Shown: piece by piece, positions 19,882-28,849 of the stretch
How positions within the stretch are numbered: the stretch's first letter is position 1
How the letters are laid out: every line of letters starts with the position of its first letter
Position numbers and translations under genes: made by a program
The notes under the pieces: generated by a model
Told to the model about the DNA's origin: nothing
Database searches by the model: none
What the model saw: only the letters and a program-made list of their open reading frames with translations
Assembly: GCA_964503265.1 (NCBI GenBank)
Contig: CAZCYO010000001.1
Span: forward strand, 162,064-226,063
Length of the DNA: 64,000 nucleotides
Direction of reading: 5' to 3'
From: an uncultured Gammaproteobacteria bacterium
Lineage (GTDB): Bacteria; Patescibacteriota; Microgenomatia; Levybacterales; UBA12049

Positions 19882-21056
19882 ATAGCTTGAGGTTTGGTCT
19901 GAAGTGGCAATGTAACAGTAAATTCTGTACCAGATCCGAGTGTGCTTTCTACTTTTATTTTTCCACCGTGAGCTGTGATAATTTGATGTGTTATGTATAA
20001 TCCGACACCAAGCCCCTGGTAATTATGTGATGTTGTCGCTCTTTGGAAACGACCAAAAACCTTTCCTACTTTTTCAGGATGAATACCAATTCCTTCATCA
20101 CTTACAATAATCGTAGCGCTAGTATTATGTTTTAAAACCGTAATTGTGATTGGGTTATTGTCTCCATATTTAATCGCATTTGTAATAAGGTTCGTGATTA
20201 CCTGTTCTATTCGCACTTTATCCCATGTTCCTTTTATGGGATCTTTTGCGTTCAGTGTGAGTGTATAATTTTCTCGTTTCATTTTTTCACTAAATCTATC
20301 AACTACTTCCCGAACAAGTGCTGATAAATCAAATTCTTCAACCTCTAATTCTAATCTTCCTGTTGTGATAAGAGATACATTTAAGAGATCATTTATCATT
20401 TTTGACAGCCGGGTACTTTGTTGCTCGGTGCTTTCAATCATTTTTAATAGCTTCTCAACAGAAAAATTTGCAAGTGAAACATTTCGAATGTTATGAAGAA
20501 CTGTTTGTAGTTGAAGAAGCATTGATGTCAGTGGTGTTTTAAGTTCATGTGTTGCTATAGATAGGAATTCATCTCTTGCTCGAATTTCTTTTTCTGCATC
20601 TTTTAATTTCGTATCGAAATGTCTAATAAGCTTTTTGTATTCTTCGTTTTCGTCTTGTATTTTTTGTAGTTCAGCAGAATATGTAGACTTCTGCATGAGA
20701 ATACTTATAGCAATCCCTTCCAGGAACATAACGAGAACGGATGGAATAACCCAAAACGGCAGTGTCGGATGAGTAATACCTAAATGATAAAATGTAAATA
20801 GTAGACAGGAAATAGTTGTCGTTGTGATTCCACCATTTTTGCCAGTATACCATGCACTCAAAGCAGTTAGCGGAAAAAAGAATAAATAGAGACCAACATA
20901 ACCTATAAACGGAACAAAAAGTACAGAAAGGAAAACAATTACAATACCGATGAGGCTCGCAATTGCGTATACATGCATGATTGCACTTCTCTTGTTTTTT
21001 TTATCACCTATGAGTATCAACGCGCTTTGTTCGTGCTCAGAAGAATTTTTATCCAT
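19878..21056 (-). CDS. sensor histidine kinase (multi-TM sensor, HisKA + HATPase_c)
   Basis: H-box SIATHELKTPLTSM, N/G1/G2 boxes (NLITNAIKYG, DEGIGI, GLGVGLYITHQII); no response regulator adjacent. Confidence 0.85.
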   Translation of the reverse strand: MDKNSSEHEQSALILIGDKKNKRSAIMHVYAIASLIGIVIVFLSVLFVPFIGYVGLYLFFFPLTALSAWYTGKNGGITTTTISCLLFTFYHLGITHPTLPFWVIPSVLVMFLEGIAISILMQKSTYSAELQKIQDENEEYKKLIRHFDTKLKDAEKEIRARDEFLSIATHELKTPLTSMLLQLQTVLHNIRNVSLANFSVEKLLKMIESTEQQSTRLSKMINDLLNVSLITTGRLELEVEEFDLSALVREVVDRFSEKMKRENYTLTLNAKDPIKGTWDKVRIEQVITNLITNAIKYGDNNPITITVLKHNTSATIIVSDEGIGIHPEKVGKVFGRFQRATTSHNYQGLGVGLYITHQIITAHGGKIKVESTLGSGTEFTVTLPLQTKPQAI

Positions 21057-21252
21057 GAATATGATGTAACATATTCATTATATATTATTTATGATGATAG
21101 ATGAACCATGCTACTTGACGGGTTATATTTTTGTCATTATGATGGGTATATTCTTTCGGGGATTTGTGTAATTCAATATCGGTAGTAAACTCTACGACCA
21201 AGATTACTTGGATGAGTCTGTGTAATTCAGACAGCGACCGTACAGTCGGGAT

Positions 21253-21268
21253 GTCATCTCAGATGACA
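21253..21268. repeat. minimal palindromic TGTCAT-N5-ATGACA element (related to the TGTCATCC/GGATGACA repeat family)
   Basis: ggATGTCATctcagATGACActg; a near-identical palindrome occurs at ~5216-5230. Confidence 0.45.
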
Positions 21269-21322
21269 CTGAATGTGAAAATTCAGATAAGAAGGAATAA
21301 GACGAAAAAACTACTTTATAGA

Positions 21323-21386
21323 TGTCATCCGCCAGCTGGCGGAGCTATTTTTAATACTGGATCTCCGATCAGGTCGGGGATGACAA
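21323..21386. mobile_element. short (~64 bp) MITE/RPE-like repeat copy with TGTCATCC ... GGATGACA termini
   Basis: Left end TGTCATCCgccagctggcgg, right end gatctccgatcaggtcgggGATGACAa; homologous to 32892-33016 ends. Confidence 0.5.
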
Positions 21387-21442
21387 TTGGTGAGGTTTTG
21401 TTTTTTTATATTTCTTCTCTACTTCCCCGGGTGACTTTTTTT

Positions 21443-22351
21443 ATGAAAAAACTTCTTACATTTGGCCCACTTTTTGTGATTATTGCTGCACTTTTGTGGA
21501 GTTTTGATGGATTGCTTCGAATTAGTCTTTACTCTCTTCCCCCTGCAGTTATTGTATTTTATGAACATCTTTTAGGGGTAATAGTTCTTCTTCCACTTGG
21601 GGTTATTTGGATGAAAGATCTCAAGAAAATGACACGGAGAGAATGGATTGCGATTACACTCGTTGCACTTTTTTCAGGAGCGCTTGGTACCATTCTTTAT
21701 ACTGCAGCACTTGGAAAAATAAATTATTCTTCGTATTCTATTGTGGTACTACTTCAGCAACAGCTACAACCTATTTGGGCCATTGGTATGGCAGCGATTC
21801 TTCTTCGAGAAAAAGTTACAAAACAATTTATGCTTTGGGCGGCAGTTGCACTTATCGCGGCATATTTTATTACATTTAAAGATCTTCAGGTAAATTTTTC
21901 TACAGGATCAGGGACAGTACTTGCTGGGGCATTCGCCTTACTTGCAGGATTTATGTGGGGGACATCGACAGCAATTAGTAAATTTGTGTTAAATAAAGTA
22001 TCATTCATGACTGCAACTGCACTTAGGTTTATGATTGCCCCACTTTTCGCGCTTTTCTTTGTCATCGGCCAGAACCAAACGGCACAGTTATTTGTTCTTA
22101 CTCCTCAACAAATCGGTACATTACTACTGATCACGTTTTCAACCGGTATGGTGGCACTTGGGTTTTATTATTATGGCCTTAAAAAAACTCCTGCTCGAAT
22201 CACGACATTGTGTGAATTAGTCTGGCCTGCGTCTGCTATTTTTATTGATTATGTACACTTCCATAAAACGTTGAGTGCAACACAAGTGTTAGGAGTAATC
22301 GTATTATTAGTTGCAATTTATCAAGTTACTAAAAAGACAGCATCTCATTAA
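21443..22351 (+). CDS. EamA/DMT-superfamily transporter (10 TM)
   Basis: Two EamA-like repeats of 5 TM each; ORF-track N-terminal extension (from 21164) covers repeat elements, ATG at 21443 (MKKLLTF) is the probable start. Confidence 0.75.
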   Translation: MKKLLTFGPLFVIIAALLWSFDGLLRISLYSLPPAVIVFYEHLLGVIVLLPLGVIWMKDLKKMTRREWIAITLVALFSGALGTILYTAALGKINYSSYSIVVLLQQQLQPIWAIGMAAILLREKVTKQFMLWAAVALIAAYFITFKDLQVNFSTGSGTVLAGAFALLAGFMWGTSTAISKFVLNKVSFMTATALRFMIAPLFALFFVIGQNQTAQLFVLTPQQIGTLLLITFSTGMVALGFYYYGLKKTPARITTLCELVWPASAIFIDYVHFHKTLSATQVLGVIVLLVAIYQVTKKTASH

Positions 22352-23100
22352 GCTGCACCACGAAGTGACGCAAAGAGGTGATGCATGACTCCAATTTTTT
22401 CTCTCATAATTGCAATATCTCTCGTGCCAGCTGGAAGCATGTCAGAATAAGGAAAAATTTGTGGTTCTCTTACTGCTTCATGTGCATGTTCTAATGTTCG
22501 TTCAATTCTTCCCGTCACATATGCTCGTAAGCTAGGAAGATTTGGAATTTGTCCATTTTTATAAATTCCTTCTTTACTATGTTGCTTGAGCCACTTTTTT
22601 ACAGTAACTGGATGTTCATCTTGATGAGGTTCTGGTTCCCAATCACCAAGGGCCAGAAATATATGCGGGGCACGAATATGTTGACTCCATCCAAAACCAT
22701 CTCGTTTATATGCGATGTGTCCTTTTCGTAATTTAACATCAATTCCCAGATAAACTCTCTGTTGTGGATCAGTAATCAGGAGATCTACTCCTTTTTGTCC
22801 TTCGCCGTGTTCAAGGGATTGTGGAGCTAACTGTGATGAAAATCCCGCCCCGGCTATAAGGGGCCTAAGTGCGAGATTTATTATTTGTTCAGCAAAGTAT
22901 GATTGTATTAATTCAGCTTGTTTTGGACGTGAATAGAAAAAATTTTCAAGTAATTCAGCACGGGATTTTCTAAATTGTAATGCACTTGTTCCTATATGAG
23001 GTCGATTTTTTCGTCCCACGTTAAATGTCATTTCGGGTGGGTATGATTCTTGATAATGCTGTGTAAAGCGACGTGAGGGATGTTCTTCCGTTACACTCAT
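22348..23100 (-). CDS. hypothetical protein (250 aa), GC-richer than flanks
   Basis: Long ORF, His-rich, no motif recognised. Confidence 0.45.
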   Translation of the reverse strand: MSVTEEHPSRRFTQHYQESYPPEMTFNVGRKNRPHIGTSALQFRKSRAELLENFFYSRPKQAELIQSYFAEQIINLALRPLIAGAGFSSQLAPQSLEHGEGQKGVDLLITDPQQRVYLGIDVKLRKGHIAYKRDGFGWSQHIRAPHIFLALGDWEPEPHQDEHPVTVKKWLKQHSKEGIYKNGQIPNLPSLRAYVTGRIERTLEHAHEAVREPQIFPYSDMLPAGTRDIAIMREKIGVMHHLFASLRGAA

Positions 23101-23157
23101 CTGTATTTATAGTAAAAGATTATTAATTTTTTTATAGATGAAGACATAATTTATTTG

Positions 23158-23991
23158 TTATTTCTCTGCAGTTACAATACCCATGTCATATTGACTACTC
23201 CTTGCAAGGAAACTATCAACTACATTTAGTGAATTATATAAAGGATCGTATATTTTTGTCTGTTTCTCGTTAAACCCTATTTTTTCACAAAGATTCCGTA
23301 CTTCTTGGGTGGCGCTGTGCATAATCCCCTGGTCGTTGTGGGCATATACTAACCTCCCTTCGGGTTTTAGAGCGAGATATGCATTTACGAGCAATAATAT
23401 ATTACCATTTACTCCTTTCATTGGAAGGTTATCTGGAAATGCAGAAAGAGCACTTTGAGTTCTAAAATTTTTGAGAAAAGAAAGTACTTGTCGAGCCGAT
23501 ATATTGTCAGGGTCTTCTTCTACTTGATTATATAAATCGGCAATTACTGCATCACATTCAGTAGGCGATGCATTTGCTGCGACAGAGTTAATAATCACTA
23601 CATCAGCAGAACTGGTTTCAATCCCATATCTTGCAAGAGGTTGATTTGTATTTCCTTGTTTTACTATAATATTTTCTGCTCCAGGAATGCCTATTTTCTT
23701 ATACGCATGGATTCTTTTTTGTGCATCTTCTACAAATTCTGGATCTAAATCAACTCCCGTAAATCTCCCGTGATTTTCCACTATTTTTAATGCTCGTCTA
23801 GAAAATGAGGAGAATTGACCAGAACCAAATTCTACTACATCTAAATTGGGGCGATTCACACCTGCTAATTTTTCAATTTTAGAGCTATGAAGTTTTAGTA
23901 ACCGCTCATGCCATGGTTGATAGTTGCTCGTGTTTTCGTTATGTGCTTTAAGAGCACTGACTCTGGGATCTTCGGAACTTACAGCTTCCAT
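23158..23991 (-). CDS. putative class I SAM-dependent methyltransferase
   Basis: Motif I-like VVEFGSGQF followed by acidic post-I (VDLD). Confidence 0.5.
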   Translation of the reverse strand: MEAVSSEDPRVSALKAHNENTSNYQPWHERLLKLHSSKIEKLAGVNRPNLDVVEFGSGQFSSFSRRALKIVENHGRFTGVDLDPEFVEDAQKRIHAYKKIGIPGAENIIVKQGNTNQPLARYGIETSSADVVIINSVAANASPTECDAVIADLYNQVEEDPDNISARQVLSFLKNFRTQSALSAFPDNLPMKGVNGNILLLVNAYLALKPEGRLVYAHNDQGIMHSATQEVRNLCEKIGFNEKQTKIYDPLYNSLNVVDSFLARSSQYDMGIVTAEK

Positions 23992-24032
23992 ACAATATAG
24001 TATAGCAATAAAGCATACGAAATGAGGGATAT

Positions 24033-25068
24033 TTGTTATACTTAACAGTTATGAAATACATTTTATCAGTGAGCGCAAAGGTGATGTTCTTATTTATTTT
24101 CATTATGTCGGTTATAACGCTTCTTTTTATTGGTGTTACTAGTTATTACCATCCTTCGAGCGTTATAGAGTTTATCGAGCAACTTCAACCAAGACCGTCA
24201 GTTAGTCCTTTTACTCTTACTGGAGTAGCTGTAATAGGAGATAGCCAATCAGATGAATACCGTGCTGATGATAGTCGTGGAACTACATATGCTTCAACTA
24301 CACTAAATTGGGTGGAGCTTCTTGCAAAGTATCGAAAAGTAAACTTCGGTGAATGGGGGGGGGTGGAGTGAGACACGTCGTACAGGGTTTTCATATAATT
24401 ATGCGAGATCTGGTGCGACAGCTAATAGTATGATTGTAAGCGGCCAACATGTTGGAGTTGCACAAGAGATAAAAGATGGAAAAGTAAATCTCGTTATTAT
24501 TTATATTGGAGCAAACGATTTTGCTCCATATATCACTGATGATGGATATCAGGCTATCTATGATGGCAGTATTACTCGTCCACAAATACTGAGAAAAGAG
24601 AATCTGATAATCGCGAATATCAAAACAGCAGTTGATACTATTCGTGATGCTGGGAATGCAAAAATAGTGCTAGTAAAAATTCCTGATTGGGGAAATCATA
24701 TCGGGGTGCAAGTAGGCTTTCCGTTTCCAGATCAGCGTGCACGTGTAACAACAGTGATACAAGAAACAAATATGCAACTTCAGTCACTTGCTGATGATTA
24801 TCAATTACCAATAATCGATCCAAATGATTTTTATAAAACTGTTAATGAACGTAATACTAAGGATGGAATAAAAATAGAGGATCAAGTATTTACTCGACTT
24901 ATTCCAGGTGATAACCCCCGTTCGCTTGTGCTTGAAGATGGTGTGCATCCTGGGACTGTGATGAACGGATTATTTGCGAACTATATAATTAAACATCTTA
25001 ACAGTACTATTGGAACTTCAATTAAAGAATTTTCAATTAATGAAATTTTTACTGCAGCTGGGCTTTAA
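24033..25068 (+). pseudogene. SGNH/GDSL-family hydrolase split into two ORFs by a frameshift at a G9 tract
   Basis: ORF1 carries block I GDSQSDEY; ORF2 (+1 frame) carries GANDF (block III) and DGVHPG (block V); the two frames overlap exactly at the G9 run 24355-24363. Confidence 0.65.
24355..24363. repeat. homopolymeric G9 tract at the SGNH hydrolase frameshift site
   Basis: gaatGGGGGGGGGtgg; only long G run noticed in the window. Confidence 0.8.
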
Positions 25069-25072
25069 AATG

Positions 25073-26182
25073 TTACTCTTTTACCAATTGATAGCCAAGT
25101 TTTTTATGATTGATAATTTCGTACCCTTTTTCTTTAATGTACGGGTGATGGCGAAGTCTGTAAACGAGAGAGTCAAGCGCCCAGTCTGTTGAACCAGTTG
25201 TTATATTTTTCCACACTGTTTCAATAATTTTTTCTTTAGAAATAATTTTCCCATTGTTCTTTTTTAAAAATTGAAAAAGGAGTTGTTCTTTCACAGATAA
25301 GTGAAATGACTTCTTTTTACAGATATATTCTTTTAGAAGTGGACTAAATAATTGATATGTTTCTTTATCATGTTTTACAACACCTATTTGTAAGAGAAAA
25401 CTATCCATATCAACTGTTTTTTCCTGAGCAATTCGTTCAATAATGCGTACTTGAGGACGAGTCAAAAAGCTCAGAATATCTTTTAAAAGAAGTTTAATAT
25501 AAGGATCATGGTTGAGGTTATTTGGAGTAGACGAACGAAGAATAAGCTGGAGAAGTTGAATATGTCCACCGCTTAGAGTCAGTGCATCTAGTATATTTTC
25601 TTTATGAATAACTTCAGGGGAATGAATTTTTAGTAATGCTTTTAAATCTTCGTGAGAATAGGGTGTAAAGTACACATATCGAGAAAAGATATGCATATTA
25701 CTCCCAACGACTGCCGCAGGATTATATTCTATAAATGGCTTATTTACACTAAAAATGAGGCTTACTTTCCCTTCGTTTTCATAACAAAGCGTTCTAAAAT
25801 TTCCTAAAAAAGATTCAGAAAATTCATGAGAGAGAAGATCAATTTTATTAACCATAATGACAACTCGATTATGTAGTTTTGTTATCGCATGCAGGGCAAC
25901 TTTACATTCTTCAAAAGAAACATTCTCTTTTTTAATGCCAGACATTTTATAAAAGAGTACATCAAGAAATACACGTTTTGAAAATTCAGCCAATTCATAT
26001 GTATCAAGAAGTATGGTATATGCGTCAATTTTATTTTCAATAAAACGTAAGAATGGAGAAATACCAACAGAGGGCATGCCGATAAGAGAAAAAGACTGCC
26101 CGCTCATAATAAACGAGCGAACTTGCTCTAACATATTTCCAGCAAATGTATCTGGCAAAAGTGACTCTTTTTGTTTATTCAT
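25073..26182 (-). CDS. transcriptional regulator with N-terminal NTPase-like domain and C-terminal OmpR/PhoB-type winged helix
   Basis: C-terminus LSVKEQLLFQFLKKNNGKIISKEKIIETVW...DSLVYRLRHH...LGYQLV matches trans_reg_C; N-terminal region has degenerate P-loop-like GMPSVGIS. Confidence 0.5.
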   Translation of the reverse strand: MNKQKESLLPDTFAGNMLEQVRSFIMSGQSFSLIGMPSVGISPFLRFIENKIDAYTILLDTYELAEFSKRVFLDVLFYKMSGIKKENVSFEECKVALHAITKLHNRVVIMVNKIDLLSHEFSESFLGNFRTLCYENEGKVSLIFSVNKPFIEYNPAAVVGSNMHIFSRYVYFTPYSHEDLKALLKIHSPEVIHKENILDALTLSGGHIQLLQLILRSSTPNNLNHDPYIKLLLKDILSFLTRPQVRIIERIAQEKTVDMDSFLLQIGVVKHDKETYQLFSPLLKEYICKKKSFHLSVKEQLLFQFLKKNNGKIISKEKIIETVWKNITTGSTDWALDSLVYRLRHHPYIKEKGYEIINHKKLGYQLVKE

Positions 26183-26353
26183 TAATTTATGCCTAATTTC
26201 ATCAGTATTTTATCATTTTAGTATCAAGAAATACAGAGGAATTGGTTATATCATGAAGTTACTTTCCTCAGACACGTTAAACAGTAGCGTTTAGCATTTT
26301 TTTAGGAGAGGATCTTGAACAACTGATCGAATAGTATCTGAGAGGAGACGGTC

Positions 26354-26854
26354 ATGCACGATGCATTCACTTACTGCCCGAACTGTGGTGGTACGTTGGT
26401 GTGGCCAGTTATCACTCCTGGTCAGTCACATGGACGGCCAAAGTGTATTAACTGTGGTTTCACCGACTATCATAATCCAATCCCAGCTGTTTGTGCGATC
26501 GTCCCTTACGAAGGAGGAGTCGTACTAATACAGCGGAAGAAGGCCCCTTTCCCTGGGTCGTGGTGCTTGCCTTGTGGGTTTGTCGATTATCGCGAGCAGC
26601 CAGATGATGCTATCGTTCGCGAGGTACGCGAAGAGACTGGACTCATTGTTAGTCCGAGTTCTGTCGTTCTGGCATGTGTGCCAGAACAGACGAACGAGCT
26701 CGTACTTCACTACCATACTGAGGTCGTCGGTGGCGAGCTTATCGCTGGTGACGATGCTTATAGTGCAGCTGTCTACATGTCTGGCAATTTGCCAGAATAC
26801 ATGCCTTTTAAGACCCATCGAGACATTATCCAGAAATGGTTTTCTCAGAACTGA
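26354..26854 (+). CDS. NUDIX hydrolase with N-terminal C4 zinc ribbon (NudC-like)
   Basis: CPNCGG...CINCGF zinc ribbon; Nudix box GFVDYREQPDDAIVREVREETGL; GC ~50% and canonical GAGGAG SD, unlike neighbours. Confidence 0.75.
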   Translation: MHDAFTYCPNCGGTLVWPVITPGQSHGRPKCINCGFTDYHNPIPAVCAIVPYEGGVVLIQRKKAPFPGSWCLPCGFVDYREQPDDAIVREVREETGLIVSPSSVVLACVPEQTNELVLHYHTEVVGGELIAGDDAYSAAVYMSGNLPEYMPFKTHRDIIQKWFSQN

Positions 26855-26912
26855 TTTCTTACTAATTTAGTAACGAGTTCATCTCTCTGACTTTTCGATT
26901 AGTTTATTTTTC

Positions 26913-26946
26913 GCCCCCTGGTATCCACCGGGGGGCTTTCTTTTAC
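26913..26946 (+). terminator. Rho-independent terminator (gccccctgg / ccggggggc stem with one G-U, loop tatcca, then TTTCTTTTAC)
   Basis: GC-rich hairpin plus T-tract 60 nt after the NUDIX stop. Confidence 0.65.
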
Positions 26947-27001
26947 ACAAGAAGAATATGGTGAGATAACCAGGTAAAAGTATCATGTTACAATACCTGT
27001 A

Positions 27002-28165
27002 ATGAAGTACGTGATAACAAGTTTCTTAGGGCTGTTAGGTGGGTTGATAACTGGATATGTAATAATTTTTTATACTCCTCTTTATTCGTTTGAGAAACAG
27101 CAGCATTATATTTCACCGCTTATAGATTCCAAACCTGAAGTAATCGGATTTTTGCCTTACTGGCTGATGAGTAAAGCGAAAAATGACTATTCACAACAAA
27201 TCACGACACTGACATATTTTGGATTAACGATAGGAGCTGATGGGAAAATTGTGAAGTTAGTAAATGAACAAGAAGAAGAACCAGGATGGTCAGCACTTGA
27301 TTCGGATATACTTAAAACTCATCTTGAAATGGCGAAGAAAAAGAATATTAAACGGTCACTGCTTGTATTTAGCGGGGTTTATTCTGATATTGATGCTCTG
27401 ATAAGTGATCCTCTAATACATGCGAATAATCTGGTCTCTGATGTCGCACCGATTATGAAAGAACATGGATTTACTGATTTAAATTTAGATATTGAAAGTA
27501 CTATTGTTGCATCTGATGAAGCGAGAGATCGGTTTGTTCAATTTGTTAAAGCAGTGAGAAGTGGACTTGATAAGAATAATATTTCGTCTCTCACCATTGA
27601 GATAAGTGGAAACGATATAATTAAACCTTATCTTATTGATGCGAAACGAGTTGCTCAGTATGTCGATCATATGGTTTTTATGGCATATGATTTCCACTAT
27701 ATCGGATCGAGTGTAACAGGAGCAGTTGCGCCATTATTTGGAGCAGGAATTACGAGTGAATTTGATACACAGGCAGCTATAGAAAAACTTCTTGCAGTAA
27801 TGCCGTCTGAAAAACTTATCCTTGGTATTCCGCTTTATGGATATGAATGGGAAACTCTCGCTTCGACTCCACATGCAGCCATTATTCCAGGTACTGGATT
27901 AACTGCGAGTAACAGTCGAGTGCAGTCGTTTTTATCGAATTGTTCTACTTGCAGCGCCACATTTGATGATGAATCGAAAGAAAGCTATGTCATCTATAAT
28001 GATAAAGAAACTTCAACATTTCACCAACTGTTTTACCCAGATGAAAAAGCCACAAGTGAGAAAGTAAACTATGCACAGACAATGCATTTAGGGGGACTTG
28101 CACTCTGGGCACTCGGGTATGAAGAACGTACTATAATGACGCCTCTTGAAACATATATTCGTTAG
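27002..28165 (+). CDS. glycoside hydrolase family 18-like protein (chitinase/peptidoglycan hydrolase fold), N-terminal TM anchor
   Basis: GH18 motifs FTDLNLDIES (DxxDxDxE-like), MAYDFHY, YGYEW. Confidence 0.7.
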   Translation: MKYVITSFLGLLGGLITGYVIIFYTPLYSFEKQQHYISPLIDSKPEVIGFLPYWLMSKAKNDYSQQITTLTYFGLTIGADGKIVKLVNEQEEEPGWSALDSDILKTHLEMAKKKNIKRSLLVFSGVYSDIDALISDPLIHANNLVSDVAPIMKEHGFTDLNLDIESTIVASDEARDRFVQFVKAVRSGLDKNNISSLTIEISGNDIIKPYLIDAKRVAQYVDHMVFMAYDFHYIGSSVTGAVAPLFGAGITSEFDTQAAIEKLLAVMPSEKLILGIPLYGYEWETLASTPHAAIIPGTGLTASNSRVQSFLSNCSTCSATFDDESKESYVIYNDKETSTFHQLFYPDEKATSEKVNYAQTMHLGGLALWALGYEERTIMTPLETYIR

Positions 28166-28166
28166 A

Positions 28167-28823
28167 TTATTTTTTAATTGTATCGCGAGTCTCGTCATTA
28201 AAAATAAGCGTTTCACCTTTAGAAAGAGTTTGAACAGTACTGATATTATCGAGGTCGTTATATCCGACAGTTAGCTTTCCTGTGTGAACGATGATAGTTA
28301 TTTCTTTTTCTATTTCATCTACCGTTATAGTTACTCTTCCTGAATCGATAGTTGAGAGAAGATGGAGTGCTCTGATAGAAAATTCTCCCGTACTTGTCTT
28401 TTCATACTCAGCCGTTCCACTAGTTTGCGTTAGAATGAAACTAGAAGGAATCGTTTGTATAATTTTAACGTTTGTATTCTCAGATAGAGAGACTATTCCA
28501 AGAGAAGGGAATACTACTGATACGTTTCCTTTTTTACCAGTCTGTAATTCTTCACCTTGCTGAATTTTTGTGTTACTTACAAGTACTGCTGGTTCTGTGG
28601 CAATTCGAGAGATCCAATTTACGTCACCTGTTAGAGTCGTTATATCTCCTTTAATTGAATTTCTTGGTGCATTCTCAAATGAAAATGCAGATTTAGCAGC
28701 AATAACTTTTCTCTCAGCAGCTATTTTTTCTGAATTTTTAGAAAAGTAAAAAAACATTCCGACTATCCCTATCAGAAAAAAAATGAGAAAAAAAAGAGCT
28801 AATTTCGTGTCGCGTAAAAACAT
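28167..28823 (-). CDS. hypothetical membrane-anchored protein (N-terminal TM, beta-rich ectodomain)
   Basis: TM LALFFLIFFLIGIVGMFFYF; downstream of and translationally close to the 532-aa ORF. Confidence 0.45.
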   Translation of the reverse strand: MFLRDTKLALFFLIFFLIGIVGMFFYFSKNSEKIAAERKVIAAKSAFSFENAPRNSIKGDITTLTGDVNWISRIATEPAVLVSNTKIQQGEELQTGKKGNVSVVFPSLGIVSLSENTNVKIIQTIPSSFILTQTSGTAEYEKTSTGEFSIRALHLLSTIDSGRVTITVDEIEKEITIIVHTGKLTVGYNDLDNISTVQTLSKGETLIFNDETRDTIKK

Positions 28824-28849
28824 AAAAAGAGTATACCATGAAGGTTGAG

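Noticed and set aside
21164-21442. N-terminal 93-aa extension of the EamA transporter ORF (start at 21164)
   Set aside because: The extension is translated from repeat-element DNA (TGTCAT palindromes, MITE-like copy) and is not part of the EamA fold; ATG at 21443 begins the first TM helix.
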